DNA of 64,000 bases from IMG/VR virus record IMGVR_UViG_3300046543_000266, positions 153,606 through 217,605 of that record. One strand, 5' to 3'. Both the position numbers and the translations under genes were made by a program. The stretch's first letter is position 1. Each line of letters starts with the position of its first letter. Shown here piece after piece: positions 45,593 to 53,909 of the stretch. The notes under the pieces are model-generated. The model was given only the letters and a program-made list of their open reading frames with translations. It did not search any database and was not told where the DNA came from.

Positions 45593-46693
45593 TCAGGACA
45601 ACGTGTTTGCGTCGTCGTTGCGTTGCGCGAAGTAGTCGCGAATCCCGTCACGCAACCCATGATTGTCACCGGTCAGTTGAAGCAACCCGTGTTCGTCATA
45701 GTAGACGTCGGTGTTAGGATCGTACTTGTTGTCCACCAGGATGGACCACCGCTCGACATATTTACGGCTTGATTTACGACCGTGCCAGTGATGCAGGATT
45801 GTGCCTTCCACAAATCCCAAGTCTCCGTTCACCACATGCTTCATTCGGTACAGCCGCGCAAGGGCTGCTTTCTGGTATGCTTTGGTGGTCCTGCCGTGGA
45901 TTCCCATATGAGCATGACCTACGAAGGCCCACGCCATGTGATGATCACCAGCACCTAGGATGGAAATGTCAAACAATCCACCACCTTGTTCCCACGTGTC
46001 TCGACGGATAGCCCATGCGTAGCCCGGATGCCACAGAGTAGCGTATCCACCGGCTTTACGCGCTTCGAGTCCGTACGTCTGATAGCAGTAGCCGAACGAC
46101 TCGACGACTGCATTCTTCGACTCACCGAACACGATGGGGCGACCCTGCGGATCCATGTCCAGCGCACGCGCCCACATCTGCACTACTTGGTGACGGTGCA
46201 GCTGAGTGATGGTGTCTTGAACGATGTTGCTGTTGAAGAAGTGAATGTCAGCGTCGATCCATGCCAGATACTTCACTTGGTCACCGTACAGCTTCACTGC
46301 GTTTGCGAAGGCAATGTTGGTGAGGTTCTCTTTGTGGAACAGTTCGTACTTGGTCCGCAGCTGGACGTGATGCGGATTGTCCGGGCTGGTGACTTCGAAT
46401 TCAGATTCGTTGAGCACCACTTCCACGACATGAAGTGTCACACCGAGATCTTCCATGTGCTTGACAAAGCGCTGGAAATTGGTGAGCAGGTTCTTGAAGT
46501 GTCGGTGGTTGAAATAGACGGCCGCAACGTGAAGGCGGGCGTTACCTTCTAACTTCTTGTGATGATGGTGACCGTGACTGCTGCGCGCGTGATGCGGGTG
46601 CGACGGTTTCTGTTGAACCGGTCGCGGCGCGTAGTAGCCTTGGGCGATGTGGTCTTTGATGAGTCTGGCGATTTTGGTGAGCCCGGAAAACAT
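45593..46693 (-). CDS. GT-A-fold glycosyltransferase-like protein
   Basis: FHKENLTN, LAWIDAD (DxD), HPGYAWA, ILGAGDHHMA, HHWHG. Confidence 0.65.
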   Translation of the reverse strand: MFSGLTKIARLIKDHIAQGYYAPRPVQQKPSHPHHARSSHGHHHHKKLEGNARLHVAAVYFNHRHFKNLLTNFQRFVKHMEDLGVTLHVVEVVLNESEFEVTSPDNPHHVQLRTKYELFHKENLTNIAFANAVKLYGDQVKYLAWIDADIHFFNSNIVQDTITQLHRHQVVQMWARALDMDPQGRPIVFGESKNAVVESFGYCYQTYGLEARKAGGYATLWHPGYAWAIRRDTWEQGGGLFDISILGAGDHHMAWAFVGHAHMGIHGRTTKAYQKAALARLYRMKHVVNGDLGFVEGTILHHWHGRKSSRKYVERWSILVDNKYDPNTDVYYDEHGLLQLTGDNHGLRDGIRDYFAQRNDDANTLS

Positions 46694-46783
46694 GCTGATC
46701 TCTGCGAGTTGGAGGTTAAGGTCTCATGACGAGGTATGTCCTAATAAGTGCAATGGAATTGTAAGCTTCCATTCCCAGATGTG

Positions 46784-46818
46784 AAAAGGGAGCAGCGACT
46801 GGTCCGTTCGCTGCTCCC
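46784..46818 (-). terminator. Hairpin + U4
   Basis: Perfect 11-bp GGGAGCAGCGA/TCGCTGCTCCC stem followed by TTTTCAC. Confidence 0.6.
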
Positions 46819-46850
46819 CCATGTTGTTATTCGTTATGTGAATTGTGGTA

Positions 46851-46857
46851 TTAAATT
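46851..46857 (-). promoter_or_regulatory. AATTTAA motif
   Basis: Intergenic. Confidence 0.45.
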
Positions 46858-46890
46858 GCGTAGCCTACCGCCTTCACACCAAACCCCAGT

Positions 46891-47175
46891 TCACAGCTGA
46901 CTATTGACGTCGCGTCGCAGCGCTTCCAGCTGGTTTGACACGCGACTGAGAACTTCGTAGCGAGCTAGTGCTTGCTTGGCTTTGATAAGTGCATCCAGTC
47001 GCTGGAAGTCGGCGAAGCTGTCCACACGCACTTCGTATCGCTCGCCGTTGACCTTCCACCACGCGATGCCGCGGCGATCGGCGATGTCTCCACTGCCGTC
47101 GAAACCGCTGGTGCTGATGTCGACTCGCTGAACTGGCGAGCTCGTCGGATACGGTGCGTAATGATCGCTGCTCAT
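46891..47175 (-). CDS. Hypothetical protein
   Basis: 94-aa ORF with RBS GAGG. Confidence 0.65.
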   Translation of the reverse strand: MSSDHYAPYPTSSPVQRVDISTSGFDGSGDIADRRGIAWWKVNGERYEVRVDSFADFQRLDALIKAKQALARYEVLSRVSNQLEALRRDVNSQL

Positions 47176-47194
47176 TTGTTCACCTCAATTGGTT

Positions 47195-47416
47195 TTATTG
47201 CCATGATCTATCCTTGAAACAGGCTGTGTACACTGCTCCGGCTATACGTAGGTCTTTGCTTTCAGTAGCCGAAGCCCATGCCATGACGCTGCATCCGGTC
47301 TCGACTGCTCGATTGTGGAAGTGCCGGTAAACGCGGTATCCCAAGTACGACACGACTATCGCGAGGGTGGCGATCATGAGCCAGTCAACGATACCGCGAT
47401 TAGGTCGACGACTCAC
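47195..47416 (-). CDS. Small membrane protein
   Basis: TM segment WLMIATLAIVVSYLGY. Confidence 0.6.
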   Translation of the reverse strand: MSRRPNRGIVDWLMIATLAIVVSYLGYRVYRHFHNRAVETGCSVMAWASATESKDLRIAGAVYTACFKDRSWQ

Positions 47417-47919
47417 TCAGGCACCCCGTACTTGGCGATCAGGTTCTTGAGGCGCGTGATGTCCTTACGCCGCTGCATAGCCTTGACCGGATCTTCCACC
47501 GGCGTCCGCGCCGTCTTGGGGCGCTCGTGCGCTTCGATTATCTGGCGAGGAACAACGCGAGCCTCGACGTTGTTGAATCCAGCGTCAGTGTATAGCACGG
47601 CATCGAAACCGTACTTGACGATGAGCTGGGCCAAGATTGTGCTGAGATCTTTCAGGGTGCCCTGGAAGTCGGACAGTTCCTGAATGCCCTCTGAAGGCAG
47701 ATCACGGATTTGGGTTGCTGACAGCTTCGTCGTGAGGTCCCCAGCTTCCGCGTGGCCTGACATCGAGACCCCAAGGTGGGGTACAACGTTGTAACCCGCG
47801 TCGAAGTATATAACTGACTGGGAACCGTGCTGTTCCTCGACACGACGCAGGGCAGCGATCATTTCACCGATCGTGAGGCTAGTAATCTGCGGTGGTAACA
47901 GTGTACGATTGGCGTTCAT
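47413..47919 (-). CDS. Hypothetical protein with internal repeat
   Basis: Two related YFDAGYNV / YTDAGFNNV segments; ATGA overlaps. Confidence 0.65.
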   Translation of the reverse strand: MNANRTLLPPQITSLTIGEMIAALRRVEEQHGSQSVIYFDAGYNVVPHLGVSMSGHAEAGDLTTKLSATQIRDLPSEGIQELSDFQGTLKDLSTILAQLIVKYGFDAVLYTDAGFNNVEARVVPRQIIEAHERPKTARTPVEDPVKAMQRRKDITRLKNLIAKYGVPE

Positions 47920-48290
47920 GCAAGCACCTTCTCGTCCTGATGCAGTGGAGGCCACTGATGCGACAAGACGGCGATGGCCGCAGCCTCGTTACAGAACACG
48001 CCGATCATGTCGTCTGTCAGCACGTACACATGGCCGTTCCACACATGCAGCGTCAGCATGACGTCACACGTGGACGGATCTTCAACCGTCTCGGGAACCG
48101 GCGTTGCCAAGATTGGTGTGGTGAACACTTTGTTGAACAGACTGGCTAGTTCCAGCGTGTTGTGACTGTTGCCAGCCAGCACGTTCGCCACGTCGGTTTG
48201 CAGCAGTCCGGCAGCGGCGCGCGCCGTATCCTGTTCGAACTCTTCCAGCATGTGGATGCCAACGAAGTGGCACTTTATATCTACAGACAT
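47916..48290 (-). CDS. Hypothetical protein
   Basis: 124-aa ORF in operon. Confidence 0.65.
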   Translation of the reverse strand: MSVDIKCHFVGIHMLEEFEQDTARAAAGLLQTDVANVLAGNSHNTLELASLFNKVFTTPILATPVPETVEDPSTCDVMLTLHVWNGHVYVLTDDMIGVFCNEAAAIAVLSHQWPPLHQDEKVLA

Positions 48291-48320
48291 TAGAACCTCG
48301 TGGGTTGATGGGTGTGTTGT

Positions 48321-48515
48321 TCACAAATCCAGGAACCGCTTGTAGAAAGCCTCGAACTCGCGTTCAAGATTCAGTATTAAACGGTCATAGGCGTCGGGCT
48401 TACCCTTTTGGAGCTTGCGCCGACGCCTGATATCTTCGAAGTCCCGGAGCATGGAGTTGTAGAACTCCGGGTCGAAGAACTCCTTGTTAGACAAGGTTTG
48501 TATTGGAGATTTCAT
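48321..48515 (-). CDS. Hypothetical protein
   Basis: 64-aa ORF. Confidence 0.55.
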   Translation of the reverse strand: MKSPIQTLSNKEFFDPEFYNSMLRDFEDIRRRRKLQKGKPDAYDRLILNLEREFEAFYKRFLDL

Positions 48516-48852
48516 GAAGCTTCGCTAGTGAGCCGAACTTATCGAAGTCCGGTTCGTCAGTCAAGGCACGCTGGCTATGAAGGTTGAAGCAGTGCCGGTC
48601 ACCGTGCATCTTGACGACGATGTTGAATGACTGAACCAGCACGTGAGGCTGATGGCCGGTGTAATACGGCGAATGAGTTGCACCCATTTGGATGATCTCG
48701 AACGCCGGATCCGACAGCAGATGTGAATCGCATAACTCACTGAGCTTCGTGAAGGCCTCGGCAGCCGCTTTCCGAGTAGTTACCTTTGCGATGACCTCAG
48801 ACACCTTCTGTCCAAGCGGGAAGGTGTGCTCGCGATACTTCAACATGCCCAT
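48487..48852 (-). CDS. Hypothetical protein
   Basis: 121-aa ORF. Confidence 0.6.
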   Translation of the reverse strand: MGMLKYREHTFPLGQKVSEVIAKVTTRKAAAEAFTKLSELCDSHLLSDPAFEIIQMGATHSPYYTGHQPHVLVQSFNIVVKMHGDRHCFNLHSQRALTDEPDFDKFGSLAKLHEISNTNLV

Positions 48853-48869
48853 GATGGTTAGTCTCGATA

Positions 48870-49458
48870 TGTTATGGTTTGATCAAACACATACTCCATT
48901 GCGATTAAGCAATGGGCTAGGTGCTTGTAATGCCGATCCGGAGGCGCGGTCGCGCGACAAGGCGCAGCGCCCCCGTAATCAGCGATTGGTCATAAGGAAG
49001 ATCGCGCGCACGCACAAGGAAGGAATTCGCGCGCAACCCAAGTCATAACAACCAATCTAGACAGCTAACTTCCGCTGGATCTGGACATCTAGCAACGACG
49101 CATAGCGATGACTCACAGTGCGACGATACGCCTAGAGACCGGACCAAGGCAGCGGCAACCTTCTCGTCGCGCAAAGGGCAGCAATTGCGACGGCCAAGTG
49201 GGGGTAACGACAGAGTCCCTTTCCCCATCCAACCTAGTCCTCGAACGGCGACGCGCACAAAGGCTAGGCTGGCTGAGGGCTGACGTTGGGCGCGGCACAT
49301 AGGCTGCGCGAATCAGCTTCAACTGCAAACGCGCGTTGCTCGCAGCGGCGCGAATGCTTTCTTGCAACTGATTGAGACCAGTTGCCAGTCCTCACCACTG
49401 CCGTTCATGAAGCAGCACGGCTGGACAGTGGTGGCCGAGTGGAGCCAGCCGTGCCCCC
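48870..49458 (-). ncRNA. Candidate ~600-nt structured non-coding RNA beginning with an H-type pseudoknot
   Basis: No protein-like ORF. Stem1 GCACGGCTGG/CCAGCCGTGC, stem2 CACCACTG/CAGTGGTG, further hairpins with G-U pairs consistent with the minus strand. Confidence 0.45.
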
Positions 49459-49466
49459 AACTCTTT

Positions 49467-49619
49467 TCACTTAGGTTCGTTCCAGAGCTTTTCTATAAGC
49501 CGAGTTTCTCGACGACGGATAATCCGTAGCAGAGTTTTCCGCCAGGATTTGGGACAGTCGTTGAGGTATTCGTTGCATCTGTTGCGAACCTTCATGTGAT
49601 GCTTGGATTTCGATTGCAT
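49467..49619 (-). CDS. Small basic protein (50 aa)
   Basis: RBS GGAG, MQSKSKHHMKVRNRCNEYL, read manually. Confidence 0.55.
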   Translation of the reverse strand: MQSKSKHHMKVRNRCNEYLNDCPKSWRKTLLRIIRRRETRLIEKLWNEPK

Positions 49620-49667
49620 GAGATATCTCCGTAGTGTACTAACACGGCATGATAACCTCCTATGCTT

Positions 49668-49675
49668 TATTTACT
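49668..49675 (-). promoter_or_regulatory. AGTAAATA motif
   Basis: Intergenic. Confidence 0.6.
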
Positions 49676-49689
49676 ATGCGGCGCTGACT

Positions 49690-49944
49690 TCACATGCGGG
49701 CGTAGGCTACGCTGTGAACGTATCGTGTATCGGGATTGCCCGCTACTTCGTAGTAGATCTCGTACCAGATGCGGCTGGCATCTTCGGTGACGTGGCACTT
49801 GATCACGTCCAGCACTTTGTGATGTGCCAGACCGTCTTGCGTCAGACAGGCACTGGATTTGGCCCAGCGACTATCGTCCGACGAAATCCTCTCCTTGGTG
49901 ATGAAGGGTGCCAGCGGCGACATTTCAGCTGCGTAGTGTCCCAT
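49690..49944 (-). CDS. Hypothetical protein
   Basis: 84-aa ORF. Confidence 0.55.
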   Translation of the reverse strand: MGHYAAEMSPLAPFITKERISSDDSRWAKSSACLTQDGLAHHKVLDVIKCHVTEDASRIWYEIYYEVAGNPDTRYVHSVAYARM

Positions 49945-49950
49945 GCGTGC

Positions 49951-50169
49951 TCACTTCGGAATCGTGCGGTTGACGGCTTCGCGGATGTCCACGCATTGCT
50001 TGCGGCCGACTTCGCGAATATCGAACTCGAGAGTTTCCGAGTGGTCGAGTTGCAGATTGCGATCCGACGTCACCAGGAAGCCTTTCTGCTTGAGGAAGTC
50101 TTCGAGCGCTTGGACAACCACCGACTTACCGACGCCGACAGGGCCTTCGACTGTGATCTTGATTGCCAT
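49951..50169 (-). CDS. Short P-loop (dTMP-kinase-like N-terminus) protein, 72 aa
   Basis: ITVEGPVGVGKS..VQALEDFLKQKG; no lid or NMP-binding region. Confidence 0.5.
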   Translation of the reverse strand: MAIKITVEGPVGVGKSVVVQALEDFLKQKGFLVTSDRNLQLDHSETLEFDIREVGRKQCVDIREAVNRTIPK

Positions 50170-50183
50170 GATTTCTCTGTTAG

Positions 50184-50268
50184 GGTGGGGCCATGCTACT
50201 CGATGACGGTTCAAACGCGGGACTCTTATTAGGAAAACCACACGTCATCGAATGCGTAGCACAGCCCC
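50184..50268 (-). ncRNA. Rod-shaped acceptor-stem RNA (array element D)
   Basis: 13-bp GGGGCTGTGCTAC/GTAGCATGGCCCC stem + ACC end, inner TCGATGAC/GTCATCGA and GGTT/AACC stems. Confidence 0.55.
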
Positions 50269-50274
50269 GGTGGA

Positions 50275-50357
50275 GGGTGGGACAGGTTGGAGTCGAACCA
50301 ACGACAGCGCAGATACTATTTCAACCCGCTGCTCTACCGGCTTGAGCTATCTGTCCC
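50275..50357 (-). tRNA. Atypical tRNA-Phe(GAA)-like RNA with 11-nt anticodon loop (array element C)
   Basis: Acceptor GGGACAG/CTGTCCC, D arm GCTC/GAGC, T arm GTTGG-TTCGACT-CCAAC, anticodon loop TTGAAATAGTA. Confidence 0.55.
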
Positions 50358-50364
50358 GATTGAT

Positions 50365-50493
50365 TGGAGGGAAGGCGAGGATTCGAACCCCGCTTCGCGC
50401 ATTAACCCGTAAGGGTGAGTTTGCACTTTCCGTTGCCCTACTACCAGACCGTCGCTATCGCTAGCATCGCGCACGGCCCAGATTCGGCTTCCC
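50365..50493 (-). ncRNA. tRNA-like RNA with encoded CCA and non-tRNA core (array element B)
   Basis: GGGAAG/CTTCCC-T-CCA, T arm GCGGGG-TTCGAAT-CCTCGC, ~90-nt core with GCTA-GCGA-TAGC and ACCC-TTAC-GGGT hairpins. Confidence 0.6.
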
Positions 50494-50501
50494 GTTGATT
50501 A

Positions 50502-50620
50502 AGGTGGGTGGTGGAGGGGATTGAACCCTCGACCTCGGACGTACCAAGAACCACCGCGAGACGCATCCGAAGATGTACGGGTTCAGGATTCCTTGCTCTA
50601 CCACCTGAGCTACACCACCC
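50502..50620 (-). ncRNA. tRNA-like RNA with ~40-nt structured insertion replacing the anticodon arm (array element A)
   Basis: 8-bp GGGTGGTG/CACCACCC, D arm GCTC-AGGTGGTA-GAGC, T arm GAGGG-TTCAATC-CCCTC, insertion with CATC-TTCG-GATG. Confidence 0.6.
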
Positions 50621-50627
50621 ATGTACT

Positions 50628-50834
50628 TTATTTACTGTCCGACATGATAAACGACACGCCAGTGAAACTACCGATCTCGCCACTGAGTAAGTGCTTGGCG
50701 TCCTCGGGAGTGATTTCCACACGCTTACCCATCTGCTCGAACCACGAGTTGTCGTCGGCAAAGAAGTACGTGTAGGTGTAGCGCCCGAGCCGCCGCTTCA
50801 ATCCTGCGTACAGCCGACGCCGGTGCTTACGCAT
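50628..50834 (-). CDS. Hypothetical protein
   Basis: Start MRKHRRRLY overlapping the upstream stop. Confidence 0.55.
   Translation of the reverse strand: MRKHRRRLYAGLKRRLGRYTYTYFFADDNSWFEQMGKRVEITPEDAKHLLSGEIGSFTGVSFIMSDSK
50629..50636 (-). promoter_or_regulatory. AGTAAATA motif driving the RNA array
   Basis: 8 nt upstream of the 5' G of element A; overlaps the upstream stop. Confidence 0.65.
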
Positions 50835-51157
50835 TCGGCGTGCCCTCTTGCGGTTCCGCACGCTTGATGGCGTCGTTAAGTTCGTCGCGCAATCCAGCAA
50901 GACCTTTCACATCAAGTCCTGCCGATGCCTGCCCATTCCATAGCATCAACGTCTCGATGAGGTCTTTGACAACGGTAGCGATTTGCTCGACACGATTCGT
51001 ATCCGTCGACGCACGCTTAGGAGCGTACACGAGCAGGTGTTGCCATGCTCGTGGGTCGACTTCAGGGGCGCCGTGACCGAGCCGGTCAACCAAGTCCATC
51101 ATTTCATCGCTGATCGATTTGGCGCGTTGCTCTTTAGTCGGCGCATTGAAGGTCATA
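50827..51157 (-). CDS. Hypothetical protein
   Basis: RBS GGAG before MTFNAPTKEQ; start position approximate. Confidence 0.55.
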
Positions 51158-51845
51158 GCTGCTCCTTCTTGCGACGCGCTGTCAGGATTTCCTTGGCGAT
51201 GGCGCCGCGCAGGATGCCGTAGTTGGGAACCGACTGCGAACCCCAATGGCCAGGACCGAGATTGTTGAAGTCCGGGTAAGCCAACGCTAGTGCGCGATCA
51301 GCAGCATCGAACGCATCGCGATGATCGCCGGCCTTTGAGACAACCGGGTTCAGATAGAAGGGCACTTCTTCGGCCGTCTGGCGGAACACGTTGGCGAGCA
51401 CCGGCTTATGTGCAGCAACGAACTCGGCGTCGTTCATACCCAACGATGCCGGATTCGCGTACAGATCAGCTTCCTGCGGTTCGGTCGGCGTCGAGCTTTC
51501 ACGCGCCAGCAGTTCGCGCAGGGGACAATCGGCTTCACGCAGGGGACCGCTGTAGCCATACTCGGCCAGCACACTGCGGATCCACGTGAGTTCTTCGAGG
51601 ACCGTGTTGACGTTCGGGTCGTTCTTGCCCGACAGTTTCTCGGCTTCCACCCGGTCATCACGACCACGGATGTTGGTGCCGTCACGCACGCCCTTGTCGT
51701 AGGCGGCTGCTTGACTGCCGTTCTCGGTGAACGGATTCGGGAACACACGGCGCTCGTACGACTTGCTGAAGCCGTCGTTGTACGCGAAGATGATCGCTTC
51801 CAGGTGAAGATCCTCAAGCGTGGGCCACTCTTTGTTGCTGCTCAT
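51153..51845 (-). CDS. Hypothetical protein
   Basis: 230-aa ORF. Confidence 0.7.
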   Translation of the reverse strand: MSSNKEWPTLEDLHLEAIIFAYNDGFSKSYERRVFPNPFTENGSQAAAYDKGVRDGTNIRGRDDRVEAEKLSGKNDPNVNTVLEELTWIRSVLAEYGYSGPLREADCPLRELLARESSTPTEPQEADLYANPASLGMNDAEFVAAHKPVLANVFRQTAEEVPFYLNPVVSKAGDHRDAFDAADRALALAYPDFNNLGPGHWGSQSVPNYGILRGAIAKEILTARRKKEQL

Positions 51846-52139
51846 TTAACACCCCGGAATGTTGGGAATAACGCGAATACCACCGAGACCGTGGTCTGGG
51901 TAGCGTAAGAAGATTGTCGGGTCAGCTTCGACTACGATCGTCCAGTAGGCGACTCGCTGTGCTCTATAGAGCTTGACCCAGAACGTGAATAGGTACATGG
52001 TGCTCCTCCAGTGGCCTATCGTTATCTTGCGGTAACTTCTGCGAGTTACTGGAAGTAGTGGGCGGCGATTGCAGCCAGCCCAACGACAATCACAAACTTG
52101 ATCTTGGTGCGCTGAACCCGTGCGTAGAACGCGGGTTCT

Positions 52140-52475
52140 TCAATCATACGTTCGAACACGTTGGCATAGAGATGATGTAGCATGGTCTTCCTCGGCCTCG
52201 TCCAGTTGTTCGCGGTACTGAACCAACCATCGCTTCTCTTGGATGGTCGGCGTCCAGCCCGCAGTGTTGTGTCGCTGATTGCCGCATCCCAAACAGGAAC
52301 ACAGCTGAGTAGTGTTTACTACTTGCCCCAGAATACGCGGCGGCATCTCCACAGGAGTTCGGGGCAGATCATCGAATGCTTGTTTGTAGCGGTTCGGCCA
52401 GCCCCAATAATGCTTGCGCTTATGCTTGAGTCGGGCGACGTGATGTCGGCGTACTGCACGGTTGAACTTGTCCAT
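52140..52475 (-). CDS. Hypothetical protein with CSCxxCGNxR motif
   Basis: LCSCLGCGNQRH. Confidence 0.65.
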   Translation of the reverse strand: MDKFNRAVRRHHVARLKHKRKHYWGWPNRYKQAFDDLPRTPVEMPPRILGQVVNTTQLCSCLGCGNQRHNTAGWTPTIQEKRWLVQYREQLDEAEEDHATSSLCQRVRTYD

Positions 52476-52583
52476 CTGTATTCCCCGGCCGTGCGCTGAC
52501 TGGTGGTCCAGTCATACCAACGCACGGCGTCTTAGGGTGATACAGCTTGGCGTACTGCGCAGACAACTCCATGGAGCGACGCA

Positions 52584-53102
52584 TCAAACGGTCGGCACCG
52601 TGGTTGTATCGCGCGTAGATTGCGGCGATGTTGATTGACATGGGCTTTGTTGAATTTTGTTGAACTGGAGGCCGAACTGATTTGCCACTTGCGACAGCCG
52701 ATCTTCCCATTCCCACGTACCGAAGATATCGTGTACGTTCTGCAGCACTGACAGGAGTTCGATTGTGCGGTCATCGTCAACGTTCACGTGTGCTGCCAGC
52801 AGACCATCCCGAAGTTGTTTGAGTCCCACAGTGTTGCCACTGTTCAGCGTCTGCGAGTGTTGCTTGCCATCTTTCAGGAAGGCCCGCAGATATCGGACAG
52901 GCAAGCCTTCCATGCGTGTGACGTGGAAGCGCGCCGGGATCAGGGCGCCGACCGGACAGCCTCCACCACCGAAGGAACGATACGCTCCACCGCCGGTTGG
53001 TAGGAGCTTGGCTTTCTGCTGGCTACGAAGATGAAGGACTGCACTGTCGAAGATCTGTTGGTGCGTCAGGAATGGCTTGCTGGATTTCACGGCGGTCTCC
53101 AA
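52584..53102 (-). CDS. Hypothetical phage protein
   Basis: AYR..GGGCPVGALIP and LQNVHD motifs. Confidence 0.65.
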   Translation of the reverse strand: METAVKSSKPFLTHQQIFDSAVLHLRSQQKAKLLPTGGGAYRSFGGGGCPVGALIPARFHVTRMEGLPVRYLRAFLKDGKQHSQTLNSGNTVGLKQLRDGLLAAHVNVDDDRTIELLSVLQNVHDIFGTWEWEDRLSQVANQFGLQFNKIQQSPCQSTSPQSTRDTTTVPTV

Positions 53103-53120
53103 CTGTCTAGTTAGAATTGT

Positions 53121-53330
53121 TTAACTGGCCTCGCGCTCGTCTACTTGACGCAGCGCTTCTTGCAGATCTGTCAGAAGTTGGTCCGCGTTCTCGCGGGTCA
53201 TAACGTACAGCATGGACCGGCCGTCTTGCGTCGGACACACAAGACGGATCATCGGGTTCTGGCCTATCGGCACGTTTGGTTGCACTTGAACTGCGACGCG
53301 CATCAGTTTGTCGTTTATCATCGGTGACAC
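53121..53330 (-). CDS. Hypothetical protein
   Basis: 69-aa ORF. Confidence 0.55.
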   Translation of the reverse strand: MSPMINDKLMRVAVQVQPNVPIGQNPMIRLVCPTQDGRSMLYVMTRENADQLLTDLQEALRQVDEREAS

Positions 53331-53406
53331 GGATTCCTCAGAGGGAAGTGATAACGGGTACTACCGCGATACAGCATCAAACTGTGGTGCGCTTAATCAG
53401 ACGCAA

Positions 53407-53721
53407 TTAGCTGTGGACTTCCCAGAGTTCCTTGCCGATTTCACCGGCCAGCCCGTAGTACGAATCCATGATAACGTAGTGCGCGACCTTGCCGATGTTC
53501 ATGGGGTCGTCGATAACGCAGTCATCAGGCTCGAAGCAGCGCAGCCGGTTCAGGAAGTCGTGGTAGAACTCGTGAACCGCAGGATCGATGACGCCCAGAT
53601 GTTCCATCAAGAACTCGTTTGGCTTGCCATCCTTGATGTGACCAACGAGGAATGCTTTGTACTTACCGAGCTCGAATGCTTCGTTGCGTTTATGGTTGAG
53701 TGCGTAAGTCAGAGTTGCCAT
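53407..53721 (-). CDS. Hypothetical protein
   Basis: Probable start MATLTYALN. Confidence 0.55.
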   Translation of the reverse strand: MATLTYALNHKRNEAFELGKYKAFLVGHIKDGKPNEFLMEHLGVIDPAVHEFYHDFLNRLRCFEPDDCVIDDPMNIGKVAHYVIMDSYYGLAGEIGKELWEVHS

Positions 53722-53909
53722 GCGATCACCACCGGAACAGGCTGCGATTGTTGTAGGGCTTGTCCAGCTGGACGTATCCGGCGTCACGCGTTTCGAACGT
53801 GCGATAACGGTAGCCTTCCGGGACATAGATAACGCTCCACACCGAAACACCACCGCGCGGAGCGTCTTTCCATTCAGAGAACTTGAGTGCCACGTGAACC
53901 TCAGGTTTG

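Noticed and set aside
48870-49458. tmRNA interpretation (GGGGGC start, pseudoknot, ACTG-GCA resume-like site, ...LIRAA reading)
   Set aside because: The pseudoknot starts too close to the 5' end, there is no stop after the Ala-Ala, and no T arm or CCA end was found. It also does not fit a permuted two-piece layout.
49393-49469. Stop-codon readthrough signal (TGA followed by a pseudoknot) or HDV-like/theta ribozyme
   Set aside because: Readthrough would add only ~24 codons before another TGA. The topology lacks the P3/L3 element of HDV-like ribozymes.
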